Origin: a virus
Lineage: Duplodnaviria > Caudoviricetes
DNA: 64,000 bases
Reading direction: 5' to 3' (one strand)
Virus record (IMG/VR): IMGVR_UViG_3300003937_000325
Shown here: piece by piece, positions 31,140-41,177 of the stretch
How positions within the stretch are numbered: position 1 is the stretch's first letter
How the letters are laid out: every line of letters starts with the position of its first letter
The notes under the pieces: model-generated
Databases searched by the model: none
Told to the model about the DNA's origin: nothing
Seen by the model: the letters and a program-made list of their open reading frames with translations, nothing else
Program-made: the position numbers and the translations under genes

Positions 31140-32552
31140 TTAATCTTGTTTTTTCCAAACATGAAACGATTCTGTAAATTCAGAGCTTTTCACTTTTGTC
31201 TTTTTATAGTTTGAGTCTTCAACAGGTCTCTTAAATAAATATCCCTGACCTTTAAGTTTTTCTAATATCTCTTTTTGTTTTTTTGTAAAATCATTACCAA
31301 CCTCATCAGAACTAACCAAAGATGCTAAACCTTTAAGTTCTTTTTGTTTCATAACCTCCTCATAAGGTTCTTCTTTAACTGGTTGATTAACCACTAATTT
31401 AGGTTCTTTGACCTCAACCTCTTTTTTAAATTCAATATCTTTATTGATATCTCCTTTAACTATTTCAAAATCCCTATCATCAGGTCCATCGTTATTTTTA
31501 ATTGAGAAGTACTGTGTCCCTACAAGACCACCTAATCCTTTTTCCTCACCAAACCCTAAATTAACATTAGAATCTTTTGGGTATGAACCCAATTTAATTA
31601 GTTGACCATCTTCTTTATCAGAACCCTTAGCTCTTACTACGGCCATAACAAAACCTCTATCACCAACAATATTTTGACTATGTAAGTCTTTTAAATGTTG
31701 TTCGATATCTCTTTTATCTTGTAAATCAAATATTACTCTTTCTTTACCTTTTTCTGAAACAGTATAAAAATATATGTCTCTTAATTTTTCTTCTATTTTG
31801 TCTGATATTGATTTCATTTCTTTTTGTTCAAATATTTTATTTTCATGTAAAGATGTTGTGAAGTATTCTGTTAGTTTAATCCATCCCGGTTGACCACCCG
31901 CTTTTTCGTCATCATAAAAAAACCATTCACCATTTTCTTTCTTTAATTTAAATGGTTTATATTTACCATTTTCAACTCTACTTTCACCCTGAAAAAATAA
32001 TTCACCATTATTATCAAATAACGAGTCTTTAATTATTTTAGGTTGAGTATCACCTGATATATTTTTCCATATTGGAAAATCATCTATAATGGCACTTTTT
32101 TTAAATCCAGTACATATACCACCACCTTCTATTACGGGTTTACACAATTTTAATGTCGCTTTGGTTGACGTTAAACTACCTTCACTGTCGGTACATCTAA
32201 TACAAAAATTAGATTTCCAATTAGTAGTTGGGGAATTATCGTTACCACCATTATCATCATTATCATCATTGTCATCATTATCGTTATTTGATTGTTCACC
32301 TACATTCTCAATTCCCGTACATGTAAAAGTCCTAACCTCTCCAGAGGTATTACTAGCAATGGTCATGTTCGGATAAATAGTATAATCCTTATCACTTGCT
32401 GTTGTTACCTTAATTACATCTTCGGTCCCATCTTTTGTGATTTCAAACTTTTTAGCATTACCCTTTCTAAATATCTGTGGTAGACATTCTTTATCACGAA
32501 TGTACTCTAATCTTTGAATGTTAATACTTTTTTCTTCGTTTAGTTGTTTCAT
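31140..32552 (-). CDS. Hypothetical protein (470 aa), candidate internal head protein
   Basis: MKQLNEE start, internal LHE site, Asn/Asp linker. Confidence 0.65.
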   Translation of the reverse strand: MKQLNEEKSINIQRLEYIRDKECLPQIFRKGNAKKFEITKDGTEDVIKVTTASDKDYTIYPNMTIASNTSGEVRTFTCTGIENVGEQSNNDNDDNDDNDDNGGNDNSPTTNWKSNFCIRCTDSEGSLTSTKATLKLCKPVIEGGGICTGFKKSAIIDDFPIWKNISGDTQPKIIKDSLFDNNGELFFQGESRVENGKYKPFKLKKENGEWFFYDDEKAGGQPGWIKLTEYFTTSLHENKIFEQKEMKSISDKIEEKLRDIYFYTVSEKGKERVIFDLQDKRDIEQHLKDLHSQNIVGDRGFVMAVVRAKGSDKEDGQLIKLGSYPKDSNVNLGFGEEKGLGGLVGTQYFSIKNNDGPDDRDFEIVKGDINKDIEFKKEVEVKEPKLVVNQPVKEEPYEEVMKQKELKGLASLVSSDEVGNDFTKKQKEILEKLKGQGYLFKRPVEDSNYKKTKVKSSEFTESFHVWKKQD

Positions 32553-32563
32553 AATATTATTTT

Positions 32564-34438
32564 TTAAAAGTCTTCATTCTCTAATGGTTTAACTATATTA
32601 CCACCTTCTAACTCGTTTTCGATTTTTTCCATTTCTGCTTTCATTTCATCAAGTTCCCCCTCCAAACCACCAATAAAACTATCTTGTTTTGTTGGTGAAC
32701 TTAAAACTTGTTCAGATTCAACAAGTAAATTAACTACATTCATTACAAAACCAGGGTCCAATGTTGCCAACTCCAAAAGAAACATACCCCCTTCGTCATC
32801 AGTATCTATTTTATTACCGGCAAAAGGTATAGCTTGTTTTATTATTTCTTCAAAAAGATTTTTATCATCGTCAAGTTCTTCAATACCTCTATGCCACAAT
32901 GCCCAATTAATTGCCCATTTGTTTATTCCAGTCGCATCCGTTAAAAATCTACACGCCTCAATTTTTTTAGCTATTTGATTTTTTCTACTTTCCATTTTTT
33001 GTCTTGTGGTATCCCCCTTAACCTCAAGATTTTTCGTACACGCTTTAAAGTCATCCCTTTTGAGCCAACTCATTGCTGCTCCGCCAAGGACAGGTACTAT
33101 ACTCAAGACTAAGTTAATTTTAAAAGAGTTTAATATCACATCTCTAACATACGCGACCTTTGCAGATTTAGGCCCATAGTTGTCTATTAATTTTTTGTAA
33201 TTTTTTTTACTTTTTCCCCATGGGAAACCTCTTTTAGAACCTGAAAGAAACAAATTCGAAATATTAGCTCTAATTTTCTGTCTGAGGACTTTATCAGATT
33301 CAGCTACTCCCTTTATGGCCTTAATAGGGTTAACACTTTCGTCGCCCCAAAACTTAAATACTGAAAAAAAGTCATCTGTAATACCTTTCCAAAATTGTTC
33401 CCAAGCGGGTACATGTTTTGCGGTCTTACCCCATAGTTTATAAAAATCCCAACCACCGTCTGTTTCTTTAGTTAATGACTTCCAAACTCTTTTGAATTCT
33501 GGGTCTTTTGATGCTACATCATCCAAATAGTTTTTAATCGACACAAATTCATTATTACTTTTCTTATAAAGTGTCTCCATCTCTTTTTTTAATTGAGTAT
33601 CTAATTTACCATAAAGATTTGTATTGGTTGTCTTTGTTCTTGCCGCGGCTATCTTTTTAATTTTATTAGCTCTCTCGTCAACAATACCGGCCAATTCTTT
33701 TAATCTTTTACTTATTTCAAGGTTAAAAGTCCTTTTAGGGTTAGCTAAAATTAATATTTCTTCGTCTGACAGAGATTCTTTGACTTTTTTCCATTTTGAA
33801 CTATCAAATATATCGGATACCTTAGTTCCATCTTTCAAAGTCATTGAATTTTTTTCAGGTATTTTACTACTAGCCACTTTAAGTGTCTCATCTGCGGTTT
33901 TTACTAAATCGGCAACTTCCTTAGATATCTTAGACATTAACGAGTCAGGTACTATATTACTATTTTTAATCGTTACCATTACATCTTTCATGACCGTATC
34001 ATAAGCGTCCTGAAGACTAAGACCCTTTTCTTTTATTAAGTTTTTTATTGCGGTATCGGCATCCGTAACTAATTTACCAAGACTCTCATATAATTTTTCA
34101 GAGTTAAATATTGAATCAACAAGTTTTTCATAGACCTTAGGGTCTGTTTTTTTAGAAAGTTCTAATACATTATCAACACTCTGTTTTAATGTTGTTGTGT
34201 TATCAGTTAAATCTTTCATTTCTTTTTTAAGTAAAGTGGATAACTCATCTGAAACTTTAACTCCTCCAATAACTATTTCATCAGCAGCTGATTTTACTAT
34301 TAAAGAAGGGTCTACATTCTTACCTGCCTTTACACCCATCATCAATAAATCATCCCAAAACGATTCATTTATAATGAATTTTAAACCCATTATATCTTGT
34401 ATTCTACTAACTTCAGTTATTATTTTTTTATTCTTCAT
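32564..34438 (-). CDS. Hypothetical helical protein (624 aa), candidate ejected protein
   Basis: IITEVSRIQDIMGLKFIINE leader; hydrophobic segment INLVLSIVPVLGGAAMSWL. Confidence 0.65.
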   Translation of the reverse strand: MKNKKIITEVSRIQDIMGLKFIINESFWDDLLMMGVKAGKNVDPSLIVKSAADEIVIGGVKVSDELSTLLKKEMKDLTDNTTTLKQSVDNVLELSKKTDPKVYEKLVDSIFNSEKLYESLGKLVTDADTAIKNLIKEKGLSLQDAYDTVMKDVMVTIKNSNIVPDSLMSKISKEVADLVKTADETLKVASSKIPEKNSMTLKDGTKVSDIFDSSKWKKVKESLSDEEILILANPKRTFNLEISKRLKELAGIVDERANKIKKIAAARTKTTNTNLYGKLDTQLKKEMETLYKKSNNEFVSIKNYLDDVASKDPEFKRVWKSLTKETDGGWDFYKLWGKTAKHVPAWEQFWKGITDDFFSVFKFWGDESVNPIKAIKGVAESDKVLRQKIRANISNLFLSGSKRGFPWGKSKKNYKKLIDNYGPKSAKVAYVRDVILNSFKINLVLSIVPVLGGAAMSWLKRDDFKACTKNLEVKGDTTRQKMESRKNQIAKKIEACRFLTDATGINKWAINWALWHRGIEELDDDKNLFEEIIKQAIPFAGNKIDTDDEGGMFLLELATLDPGFVMNVVNLLVESEQVLSSPTKQDSFIGGLEGELDEMKAEMEKIENELEGGNIVKPLENEDF

Positions 34439-36161
34439 TTTCTTGTTTTTTTAATATTTCTTCCATTTTTGCTATGGTATCTTCACCAACCACACCATCA
34501 AATCCTTCACCACCAAGATAATCTAGTTGGAATTCATAAACGGCACTTGACGTATCTGGCCCAAAATCCGCGTCTGGTTTATCACTTAAATAAACTTTAT
34601 TTTCGTTATCTTTAGTTTTTATTTTATTTAATAATGTTTGAACGTATTTCGTGGAGACCCCCTTGTCCCCTTCTTGGATGGTACCCGTTCCATTTCTCAA
34701 CATTTTAACGGTTATGTTATGACCACTTCTAAATGAAATGGTATCCTTTAAACTACTTCCAAGTTTATCTAAATCTATTTTTTCTGCGTCGGTTGGACCC
34801 TTAGTATATGAAGCTATAAGCCCCCCACCTTCTTCAGTATTAGGAATTTCTTTTATTGATTTTTCAATCGCACCTTTAATTTTATCGATACCGTTTGTAT
34901 TTTCAGTTCCGTCCTCATTCCAAACTAAACTCCAAAGACCTTTACCCATTAATTTAAGGACCTCACCTATACCTTCATCATATGCCATATCCATTATTGC
35001 TCCATAATCTGAACCTATTTGTTTTGAAGTTCCGTCAGGTAGTTCTGCAATAAAATTTCTCATTCTTCTTCTCTTTTCCTCGCCAAGAGATTTACCGACA
35101 CTGTAGGCCAACCAAATTTGGTCAAATGTATATGTAAGACCCACAGCTAAACCTAATCCTTTAGATAACTTCGCTAACGCATATAATTGTTTACCAAGAG
35201 GTAACTTAAGTAACATTGACTTTGCTTTTAGTACCGAGTATTTAAGTGTTTCTTTAGACAATAATGAAGCATTTTTTATACTCGCCTTTCTAAAAATTAG
35301 ATATTTTTCTAAATCGGCTTTAGGTAAATTTTCTAAACCTTTTTCACTCACATTCTTTATTATTTTTACCATATCGTCAGGTGCACCTGCAACTTCTTGT
35401 AAAACCTTTAATTCGTACTTACCTAAACCTTTAAACATTTTAATTACCTTAAAAAATTCATCACCTGGTATTACAGCTAAAGCTCCTGCCATTCCAGCTG
35501 AATAATAATCTCTTTCCTCTATGTAAAGATACGCGTCTGCAAGGGCTACACCACCTGCGGCTACTAATGAAACAGTACTTACAGTACCTAAAGCTACTGC
35601 TACAGAACCTCCAGCGGTAAAAGGTGCCGCGGCAATCGCAGCAACAAAACCTAACCCAATAAGTCCCATTTCTAAATAACCTAACGTCTCATGAGTACCT
35701 CTATTTTCGGCTTTAGGTCCATAAAAAGAACTCCAATCATTCCAATCCATATCATAAATTTCATCTAAGTACTTATCACTACTACAATAAACTGTTGTAT
35801 TTGATGTACAATCACAAGATTTTACTTTACCACATAATTTTACAACGGCTCTTTCAGACTTGTATGGTAAGTAGTATTTACCATTTTTACCACTTTTACG
35901 AGGTTCTTGAGGTTCTTCATTGGTAATATATAGTGACATTTCATCGTCAAGTTGTTCAGCTTCAGTTTTCTCTTTCGGTTTGGATTTTTTAGTCTTATTA
36001 GGGCCGGGAATCTTTGTTCCTGTTATCGATGTAGTACCTGGTTTACCAATATTACGTGTCCAAGCTGGGTCTTGTTCCATTAAAGTCTTAGACCTATCGT
36101 AGTTCATTAAAACAACAATTTGTTTTAATTCTTCCGTTATTATTTTATTATTGTTATCCAT
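34428..36161 (-). CDS. Protein with hydrophobic hairpin and C-terminal PG_binding_1-like domain
   Basis: LIGLGFVAAIAAAPFTAGGSVAVALGTVSTVSLVAAGGVALA segment; C-terminal EGDKG..VQTLL...DADFGPDT..AV.EFQ...DGVVGEDT. Confidence 0.7.
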   Translation of the reverse strand: MDNNNKIITEELKQIVVLMNYDRSKTLMEQDPAWTRNIGKPGTTSITGTKIPGPNKTKKSKPKEKTEAEQLDDEMSLYITNEEPQEPRKSGKNGKYYLPYKSERAVVKLCGKVKSCDCTSNTTVYCSSDKYLDEIYDMDWNDWSSFYGPKAENRGTHETLGYLEMGLIGLGFVAAIAAAPFTAGGSVAVALGTVSTVSLVAAGGVALADAYLYIEERDYYSAGMAGALAVIPGDEFFKVIKMFKGLGKYELKVLQEVAGAPDDMVKIIKNVSEKGLENLPKADLEKYLIFRKASIKNASLLSKETLKYSVLKAKSMLLKLPLGKQLYALAKLSKGLGLAVGLTYTFDQIWLAYSVGKSLGEEKRRRMRNFIAELPDGTSKQIGSDYGAIMDMAYDEGIGEVLKLMGKGLWSLVWNEDGTENTNGIDKIKGAIEKSIKEIPNTEEGGGLIASYTKGPTDAEKIDLDKLGSSLKDTISFRSGHNITVKMLRNGTGTIQEGDKGVSTKYVQTLLNKIKTKDNENKVYLSDKPDADFGPDTSSAVYEFQLDYLGGEGFDGVVGEDTIAKMEEILKKQENEE

Positions 36162-36176
36162 TACTTTATAAATATG

Positions 36177-36848
36177 TTAATTAAGGGGATTTGACTTACC
36201 TCTACTTATTCCTGTTTCCCACGTACCTGTGGAATCAATATGATTACCCTTACCTCTATTAACACCACTGTTCCATACTGCTACAGTTAATGTGTTAGCG
36301 GGACCTCTACTTATTCCCGTTTCCCATGTTGTAACATTGGCATTTGTTGATGAGGAATCAGCCTCTCCACCACCGTCTTCTTGTTCTCCCATCTCTTCTT
36401 TGTCACCATAGATTTCAGGGTCTTTTAATCCGTATTTTTTAATCATCTCACCAGCAACTGAATTTGCCTCATCTTCAATAGGTCCACCAACGTTGGATAC
36501 CTTACCTTCAAGGTCCCCTTTTTCATTTTGCATGTGATGTACTAACTCATGAGCGATAGAACGTAAAACGTCTACCAATGCCCTTCCTAAGGTAAAGACT
36601 CTTATTTCAGAATCCTCAAATTTCTCATCTTCACCGTCTTTGTACTTATAAACTGCGGTTGTCTTAATTCCGTCTTTATCATTTTGAAGTTTAACTTCAA
36701 CGTCATTATTGATGTTAAGTTCTTTTTTTACGAAATCGACAAAATCATCAATGGTCTTTTTCTCTGAGGAATCAAATTGTGATTCGCCTTCAGATATGAT
36801 ACCCATGATTCCTTTTATTCGTGATATTTCATTTATTAAGTGACCCAT
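36177..36848 (-). CDS. Zincin-like (HExxH) protein
   Basis: LRSIAHELVHHMQ...IEDEANSVAG; LINEISRIKGIMGIISE leader. Confidence 0.7.
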   Translation of the reverse strand: MGHLINEISRIKGIMGIISEGESQFDSSEKKTIDDFVDFVKKELNINNDVEVKLQNDKDGIKTTAVYKYKDGEDEKFEDSEIRVFTLGRALVDVLRSIAHELVHHMQNEKGDLEGKVSNVGGPIEDEANSVAGEMIKKYGLKDPEIYGDKEEMGEQEDGGGEADSSSTNANVTTWETGISRGPANTLTVAVWNSGVNRGKGNHIDSTGTWETGISRGKSNPLN

Positions 36849-36937
36849 AATTCAATAAATATTATAAAAAAGCATTATCTTCCATTGCAGTTAAATAAAA
36901 AGGCTTATCTTTGTATTAAATAAAATACATAAACATT

Positions 36938-37417
36938 ATGAAAAATATACTATTCCTTTTATCTTTACTCATCACATTAGTTGGATGTGAGAAATACGAA
37001 CTAGAAACTTACCCTACATTAGATGGTACATACCTTGTTAGTTTTATTAGACACGATGGTGTCAATACCTATGAAGGGTACGATGAAAATAACACAACAT
37101 ATGATGGTATGGTATCTACAACTATTGGTGATTTAAATGTTGGTACTGAAAAGGTTTCATTTAGTGGTAGAACTTTCTACAAAGGTTATCAAGTAACTCA
37201 AGGAAGTGATGATTGGACCGAATCATATTACTGTGAAGTGATTCAAGGAATCGATGGTTATTGGGATGATTTATTGATTGATTATGACGGACTCCCAAGG
37301 AACTTTATAATTGAAGAAGATGGTTTAGAACATTTGGTACTAAAATTTCCTAATCAACACTTGAATAATGGTGAAAATGTTAATATGTGGATTAGACTCT
37401 CAAGAGTAGGTCCTTAA
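36938..37417 (+). CDS. Lipoprotein (lipocalin-like fold possible)
   Basis: Lipobox LVG-C after a hydrophobic signal; LDGTY motif; TATCTTTG promoter element at 36906-36913. Confidence 0.7.
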   Translation: MKNILFLLSLLITLVGCEKYELETYPTLDGTYLVSFIRHDGVNTYEGYDENNTTYDGMVSTTIGDLNVGTEKVSFSGRTFYKGYQVTQGSDDWTESYYCEVIQGIDGYWDDLLIDYDGLPRNFIIEEDGLEHLVLKFPNQHLNNGENVNMWIRLSRVGP

Positions 37418-37422
37418 ATAGA

Positions 37423-37446
37423 AAAAGTGGTCAATCGACCACTTTT
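37423..37446. terminator. Bidirectional intrinsic terminator
   Basis: AAAAGTGGTC-aatc-GACCACTTTT between convergent genes. Confidence 0.7.
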
Positions 37447-37945
37447 ACTTTTTTAATATGTTTTGAACGTGTCTTATATTTCTAATAAACTTTTCAGGGT
37501 TTTCTTTTGCCCATTCCTTAATAGATTCGGGTAGTTTGGATTTTTTTAATTCTTCCATCACGACAACACTTAGATTCCTTTCTTTACCTCCATTAGACTC
37601 AACCATAACGTCACCTAACGACATTAATAAGTCTCTCTTAAGTTTAGGTGTCTCAGCGGAGAAAGTTATTGAGAACTCATTATTTTCGGCCCACGACCTT
37701 AAATCTTTTAAGTTTAAAAACTTTTTCTCTTCAAAAGGGAATTTTTTTAATAACCTGTCAGGTGAAGTGTAAATACCATATATTTTCATACTAGGACTAA
37801 CTAATAAAGTTATTTTGTGTTCATCCATCCCAAAGAAAACGGGTTTCTTTAAGAAGATTTTACCTAATAATCTATTAATAAGTTCAACCATAGAAGAACC
37901 CTGAGATTTTTCATTATCGTTATGTGGTGTAAAATTTCCTGACAT
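37445..37945 (-). CDS. Hypothetical protein (166 aa)
   Basis: Clean ORF; TATTTATA at 37949-37956 (minus strand). Confidence 0.65.
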   Translation of the reverse strand: MSGNFTPHNDNEKSQGSSMVELINRLLGKIFLKKPVFFGMDEHKITLLVSPSMKIYGIYTSPDRLLKKFPFEEKKFLNLKDLRSWAENNEFSITFSAETPKLKRDLLMSLGDVMVESNGGKERNLSVVVMEELKKSKLPESIKEWAKENPEKFIRNIRHVQNILKK

Positions 37946-37959
37946 AACTATAAATAGTC

Positions 37960-38277
37960 TTAATTATATTCTTCTTCAGGTTTTCTATCAGGAAAAACAA
38001 TATAATATTCATTTAAAAATGATAACAACTCATCTTCATCAATAAATTGTTCATCAACCTCTTCTACCTCATCATTCCATGTTTCCATACCATCAAAATC
38101 CATGTCATAGTCATCAAAAATATCTGTAGTCATATCAATATTATATCCAAACTCTTCAACATAATGATATTCAATAGTATCGGATACAATATTATCATTG
38201 TTTAACACTTGAAACTCGACTTTTAGTATATTATTACTTTTATTTATATATGAACTTATAATTTCTATAATTTCCAT
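37960..38277 (-). CDS. Acidic hypothetical protein (105 aa)
   Basis: Clean ATG ORF. Confidence 0.6.
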   Translation of the reverse strand: MEIIEIISSYINKSNNILKVEFQVLNNDNIVSDTIEYHYVEEFGYNIDMTTDIFDDYDMDFDGMETWNDEVEEVDEQFIDEDELLSFLNEYYIVFPDRKPEEEYN

Positions 38278-38324
38278 TTCCTTAATTAAATAAATCGTTT
38301 ATTTTATATACAAATATCTAAAAA

Positions 38325-38642
38325 ATGACAAAACACCTAATAGAACTACTTGATTATGATTTTATTGACGGAACATTAAACATAATGTTTTCACTAAATA
38401 ATGAAGAAGGATACAGAGAAATAGAAATTTGTGAAGGAGACTTCTCAGATTATATTGAATCAATAGGAAATTTAGAAGTATTTAGTGACGAATGGGATTA
38501 CGCGACAGAAAGTCATTACACCAAAGATTGGGTCATATCATATGATGAGTATATTGAGGATTATTTAGAGAAGAATGATTTACTAGAATTTATTATTGAC
38601 TACTTTTCAGATAAGGATTATCCTGAACTAATAATAGAATAA
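38325..38642 (+). CDS. Acidic hypothetical protein (105 aa)
   Basis: Clean ATG ORF, divergent from a similar-sized acidic ORF with a similar C-terminal pattern (L..F..Y..D..PE). Confidence 0.6.
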   Translation: MTKHLIELLDYDFIDGTLNIMFSLNNEEGYREIEICEGDFSDYIESIGNLEVFSDEWDYATESHYTKDWVISYDEYIEDYLEKNDLLEFIIDYFSDKDYPELIIE

Positions 38643-38645
38643 TAC

Positions 38646-39224
38646 ATGAGAGTTAATACATTAATAATTGATGATTTCTATATCAATCCTGATGAGGTAA
38701 GAGAATACGCCTTAACTCAAGATTTTGATGTAGATGGTAATTACCCTGGTCATCGTACAGTCTCACATTTAGATGACGACTTAAAAGATAGTTTACAGAA
38801 TTTAGTAGAACCATTTGCAGGTAAAATCACATATTGGGGAGGAGACTATTCAGGTAGTTTTCAATACACAACATCAGAAGACCGTTCTTGGATACATTCA
38901 GATAGTACCACAGGATGGGCAGCAGTATTATACTTAACTCCAGACGCACCTGTAAGTTCAGGTACTGGATTATATAAACATAAAGAAACAGGTCTTTGCG
39001 GTTGGGATAATAGTAAATATACTGAGGAAGAGACTTCGTTAGCCCCTCATATGTCAGAAGCCAGAGATTATACTAAATGGGACTTAGTCGATAGATTAGG
39101 TAATAAATTTAATCGTTTAGTAATGTATCGTTCAGATAACTATCACGTATCAATGGATTACTTTGGTAAAGATAAGTATGATGGTAGATTGTTTCAGGTA
39201 TTCTTTTTTACAACTGAATACTAA
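38646..39224 (+). CDS. DUF6445-like 2OG-Fe(II) oxygenase-fold protein
   Basis: IIDDFY.NPD.VR.YAL...YPG.RT, WIHSD, AAVLYL, NKFNRLVMY...HVS, RLFQVFF. Confidence 0.8.
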   Translation: MRVNTLIIDDFYINPDEVREYALTQDFDVDGNYPGHRTVSHLDDDLKDSLQNLVEPFAGKITYWGGDYSGSFQYTTSEDRSWIHSDSTTGWAAVLYLTPDAPVSSGTGLYKHKETGLCGWDNSKYTEEETSLAPHMSEARDYTKWDLVDRLGNKFNRLVMYRSDNYHVSMDYFGKDKYDGRLFQVFFFTTEY

Positions 39225-39238
39225 TTATAAATTAAAAT

Positions 39239-39955
39239 ATGAAAGATTTAATTAACCCTAATTTAGACTTAAAAAAAATACATAAATCCTTTAAAGAGAA
39301 GGGTTATGTTGTTATAGATAACTACTTAAAAGATGAAGTCGCTGAAAATTTAAATAATTTCTTTAGTTATGAAATGCCCACCGATTGGTGGTCAATAGCT
39401 ACGTTTCCGTCTAAAAATATTAATGGAGTTAGTTATTTTAGAAATACACCTGAAGAATACAATAACATACAGAAAGCAAGACAATACTCCACAGACTCTT
39501 TTGGTAGAAACGAATTTTCATATTCTTTTCATCGAACTTTAGATAATCATTTTGATGATTGTGATTGTACCGAATGTCAGATTAGAAAGTTTTTGGATGG
39601 TAATGAATCTCACGACTTAGTCTCAAAAGTAACTGATTTAACAATTACGGGCTCTAATGAGGTTTTCGCTGCTTGTTATGTTCCTGGTGATTTTTTATCA
39701 CCACATCAAGATAGTCCTAATGGCATTATCGGATTCGTTTTACAGTTAACTAAAGATTGGAAACCTGAATATGGTGGATTACTACATTTTTTAAATGATG
39801 ATGGGGATGTTGTTGAAAATGTTGAAACACCTAAATTTAATAGTTTAACACTATTCTTACTACCTGAAGATAAAGGTAAACTACATTATGTTTCCCACGT
39901 AAACCCAGGAACACCTGAGATACGATTATCCCTCACTGGTTGGTATAGGAATTAA
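39239..39955 (+). CDS. 2OG-Fe(II) oxygenase (prolyl-hydroxylase-like)
   Basis: YVPGDFLSPHQD, WKPEYGGLL, PKFNSL, HYVSHV, RLSLTGW. Confidence 0.85.
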   Translation: MKDLINPNLDLKKIHKSFKEKGYVVIDNYLKDEVAENLNNFFSYEMPTDWWSIATFPSKNINGVSYFRNTPEEYNNIQKARQYSTDSFGRNEFSYSFHRTLDNHFDDCDCTECQIRKFLDGNESHDLVSKVTDLTITGSNEVFAACYVPGDFLSPHQDSPNGIIGFVLQLTKDWKPEYGGLLHFLNDDGDVVENVETPKFNSLTLFLLPEDKGKLHYVSHVNPGTPEIRLSLTGWYRN

Positions 39956-40333
39956 TTCGGGGTGTAAGTCAAAAACCATTTTTATTAATGTTTCTAAACA
40001 GTAACATTCCTTACCTGATTGGTCGTAAATTAATTGACCATCCACCACACTAATTATTCTAGGGTTAAATTGGTGATGTTTGTAATCCCATATTATACTA
40101 TCGTTCAACCCAAAATATTCCATAATTTTTGGATTTTCATTTATAGTGGTTTGGAAAAATACTACTTCAGGAAATTCGTCATTTAAATTTTTATTTACAC
40201 TTTCTATTTTATCATTAAAAGGTTTAATACTTAAAGTGGAGTCTTCTTGACCTTCCTTAAATAAAAACCATATAATCTTATGGTGTTTAGTTATGTGTTC
40301 AAATAGATTATTATCGTTTACGTTATATACCAT
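39926..40333 (-). CDS. Hypothetical protein, possible thioredoxin-like fold without CxxC
   Basis: Clean ORF; fold guess is weak. Confidence 0.5.
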   Translation of the reverse strand: MVYNVNDNNLFEHITKHHKIIWFLFKEGQEDSTLSIKPFNDKIESVNKNLNDEFPEVVFFQTTINENPKIMEYFGLNDSIIWDYKHHQFNPRIISVVDGQLIYDQSGKECYCLETLIKMVFDLHPELIPIPTSEG

Positions 40334-40932
40334 TATCTAAAAGTTTTTCCCGTTACATTTAAAGTTATTGTACGTTTTACGCCTGAAAGTATAGGTGTGG
40401 TTCTTTGTAGTAAGTAAGATGGGAATATGACCACATCGCCGACACTAAACTTAGGTCGTAATATTTCATAACCACAATTAAACTCAGTATCCCCACCATT
40501 ATATTCTTCTTTAAGAGATAAATGTAGAGTTACTGATAATTTATTAGTATTTGAATTTACTATATCAGAATACCATAAGTAATGACCACTATTATCTGTA
40601 TAGGTGTTATACTCCATAAATTGATTAATACCATCCACATTAAAATTCCAACCCATTTCCTGATTAGCACTAACAGATAAATCATAAATTTTATCATAAA
40701 TCCATGAAGTCTCATCATTTATTGGTAAGTAACTAACGCTATTTCTTCTTTTCGTATCGACAGAAATATCGGAATAATCCAATTCGTTAATTTCTGAATC
40801 TAATTTTTCACATATTAATATTATATCATTAATTTCTTTATCATTAAATATTTCTTTATAATAGTAGTAATTTAACATATCGGGGATAGTATCAATAGTT
40901 TCGGTTTTGGCGGTAAAATTTGTTTTAGACAT
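40333..40932 (-). CDS. PKHD-type 2OG-Fe(II) oxygenase homolog with substituted iron ligands
   Basis: EYNGGD...VIFPSYL...P...GVKR scaffold present, but WYSD replaces WHxD and LQRTTP replaces LHxVTP. Confidence 0.7.
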   Translation of the reverse strand: MSKTNFTAKTETIDTIPDMLNYYYYKEIFNDKEINDIILICEKLDSEINELDYSDISVDTKRRNSVSYLPINDETSWIYDKIYDLSVSANQEMGWNFNVDGINQFMEYNTYTDNSGHYLWYSDIVNSNTNKLSVTLHLSLKEEYNGGDTEFNCGYEILRPKFSVGDVVIFPSYLLQRTTPILSGVKRTITLNVTGKTFR

Positions 40933-40982
40933 AGATTTCTATTATATTATTATTATCTTTATAAAATAAAAGTAAGTGACCT

Positions 40983-41177
40983 ATGACAGATATCAATATA
41001 AGTAATTATTATTTTAAAGCCGAAAATGTTTTATTTTCATGTACTAACCTATCTCAAGTAAAAAATTCATTAAACTATATTAAACTTTATTATAAGTTAA
41101 CGGGAGATTATTGTGGGTACACAATTTTAGTTAGAAAGTATCATAAACTACTAAATGAGTTAACTACGAATGATTAA
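40983..41177 (+). CDS. Hypothetical protein (64 aa)
   Basis: ATG ORF overlapping the start of the next gene. Confidence 0.45.
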   Translation: MTDINISNYYFKAENVLFSCTNLSQVKNSLNYIKLYYKLTGDYCGYTILVRKYHKLLNELTTND

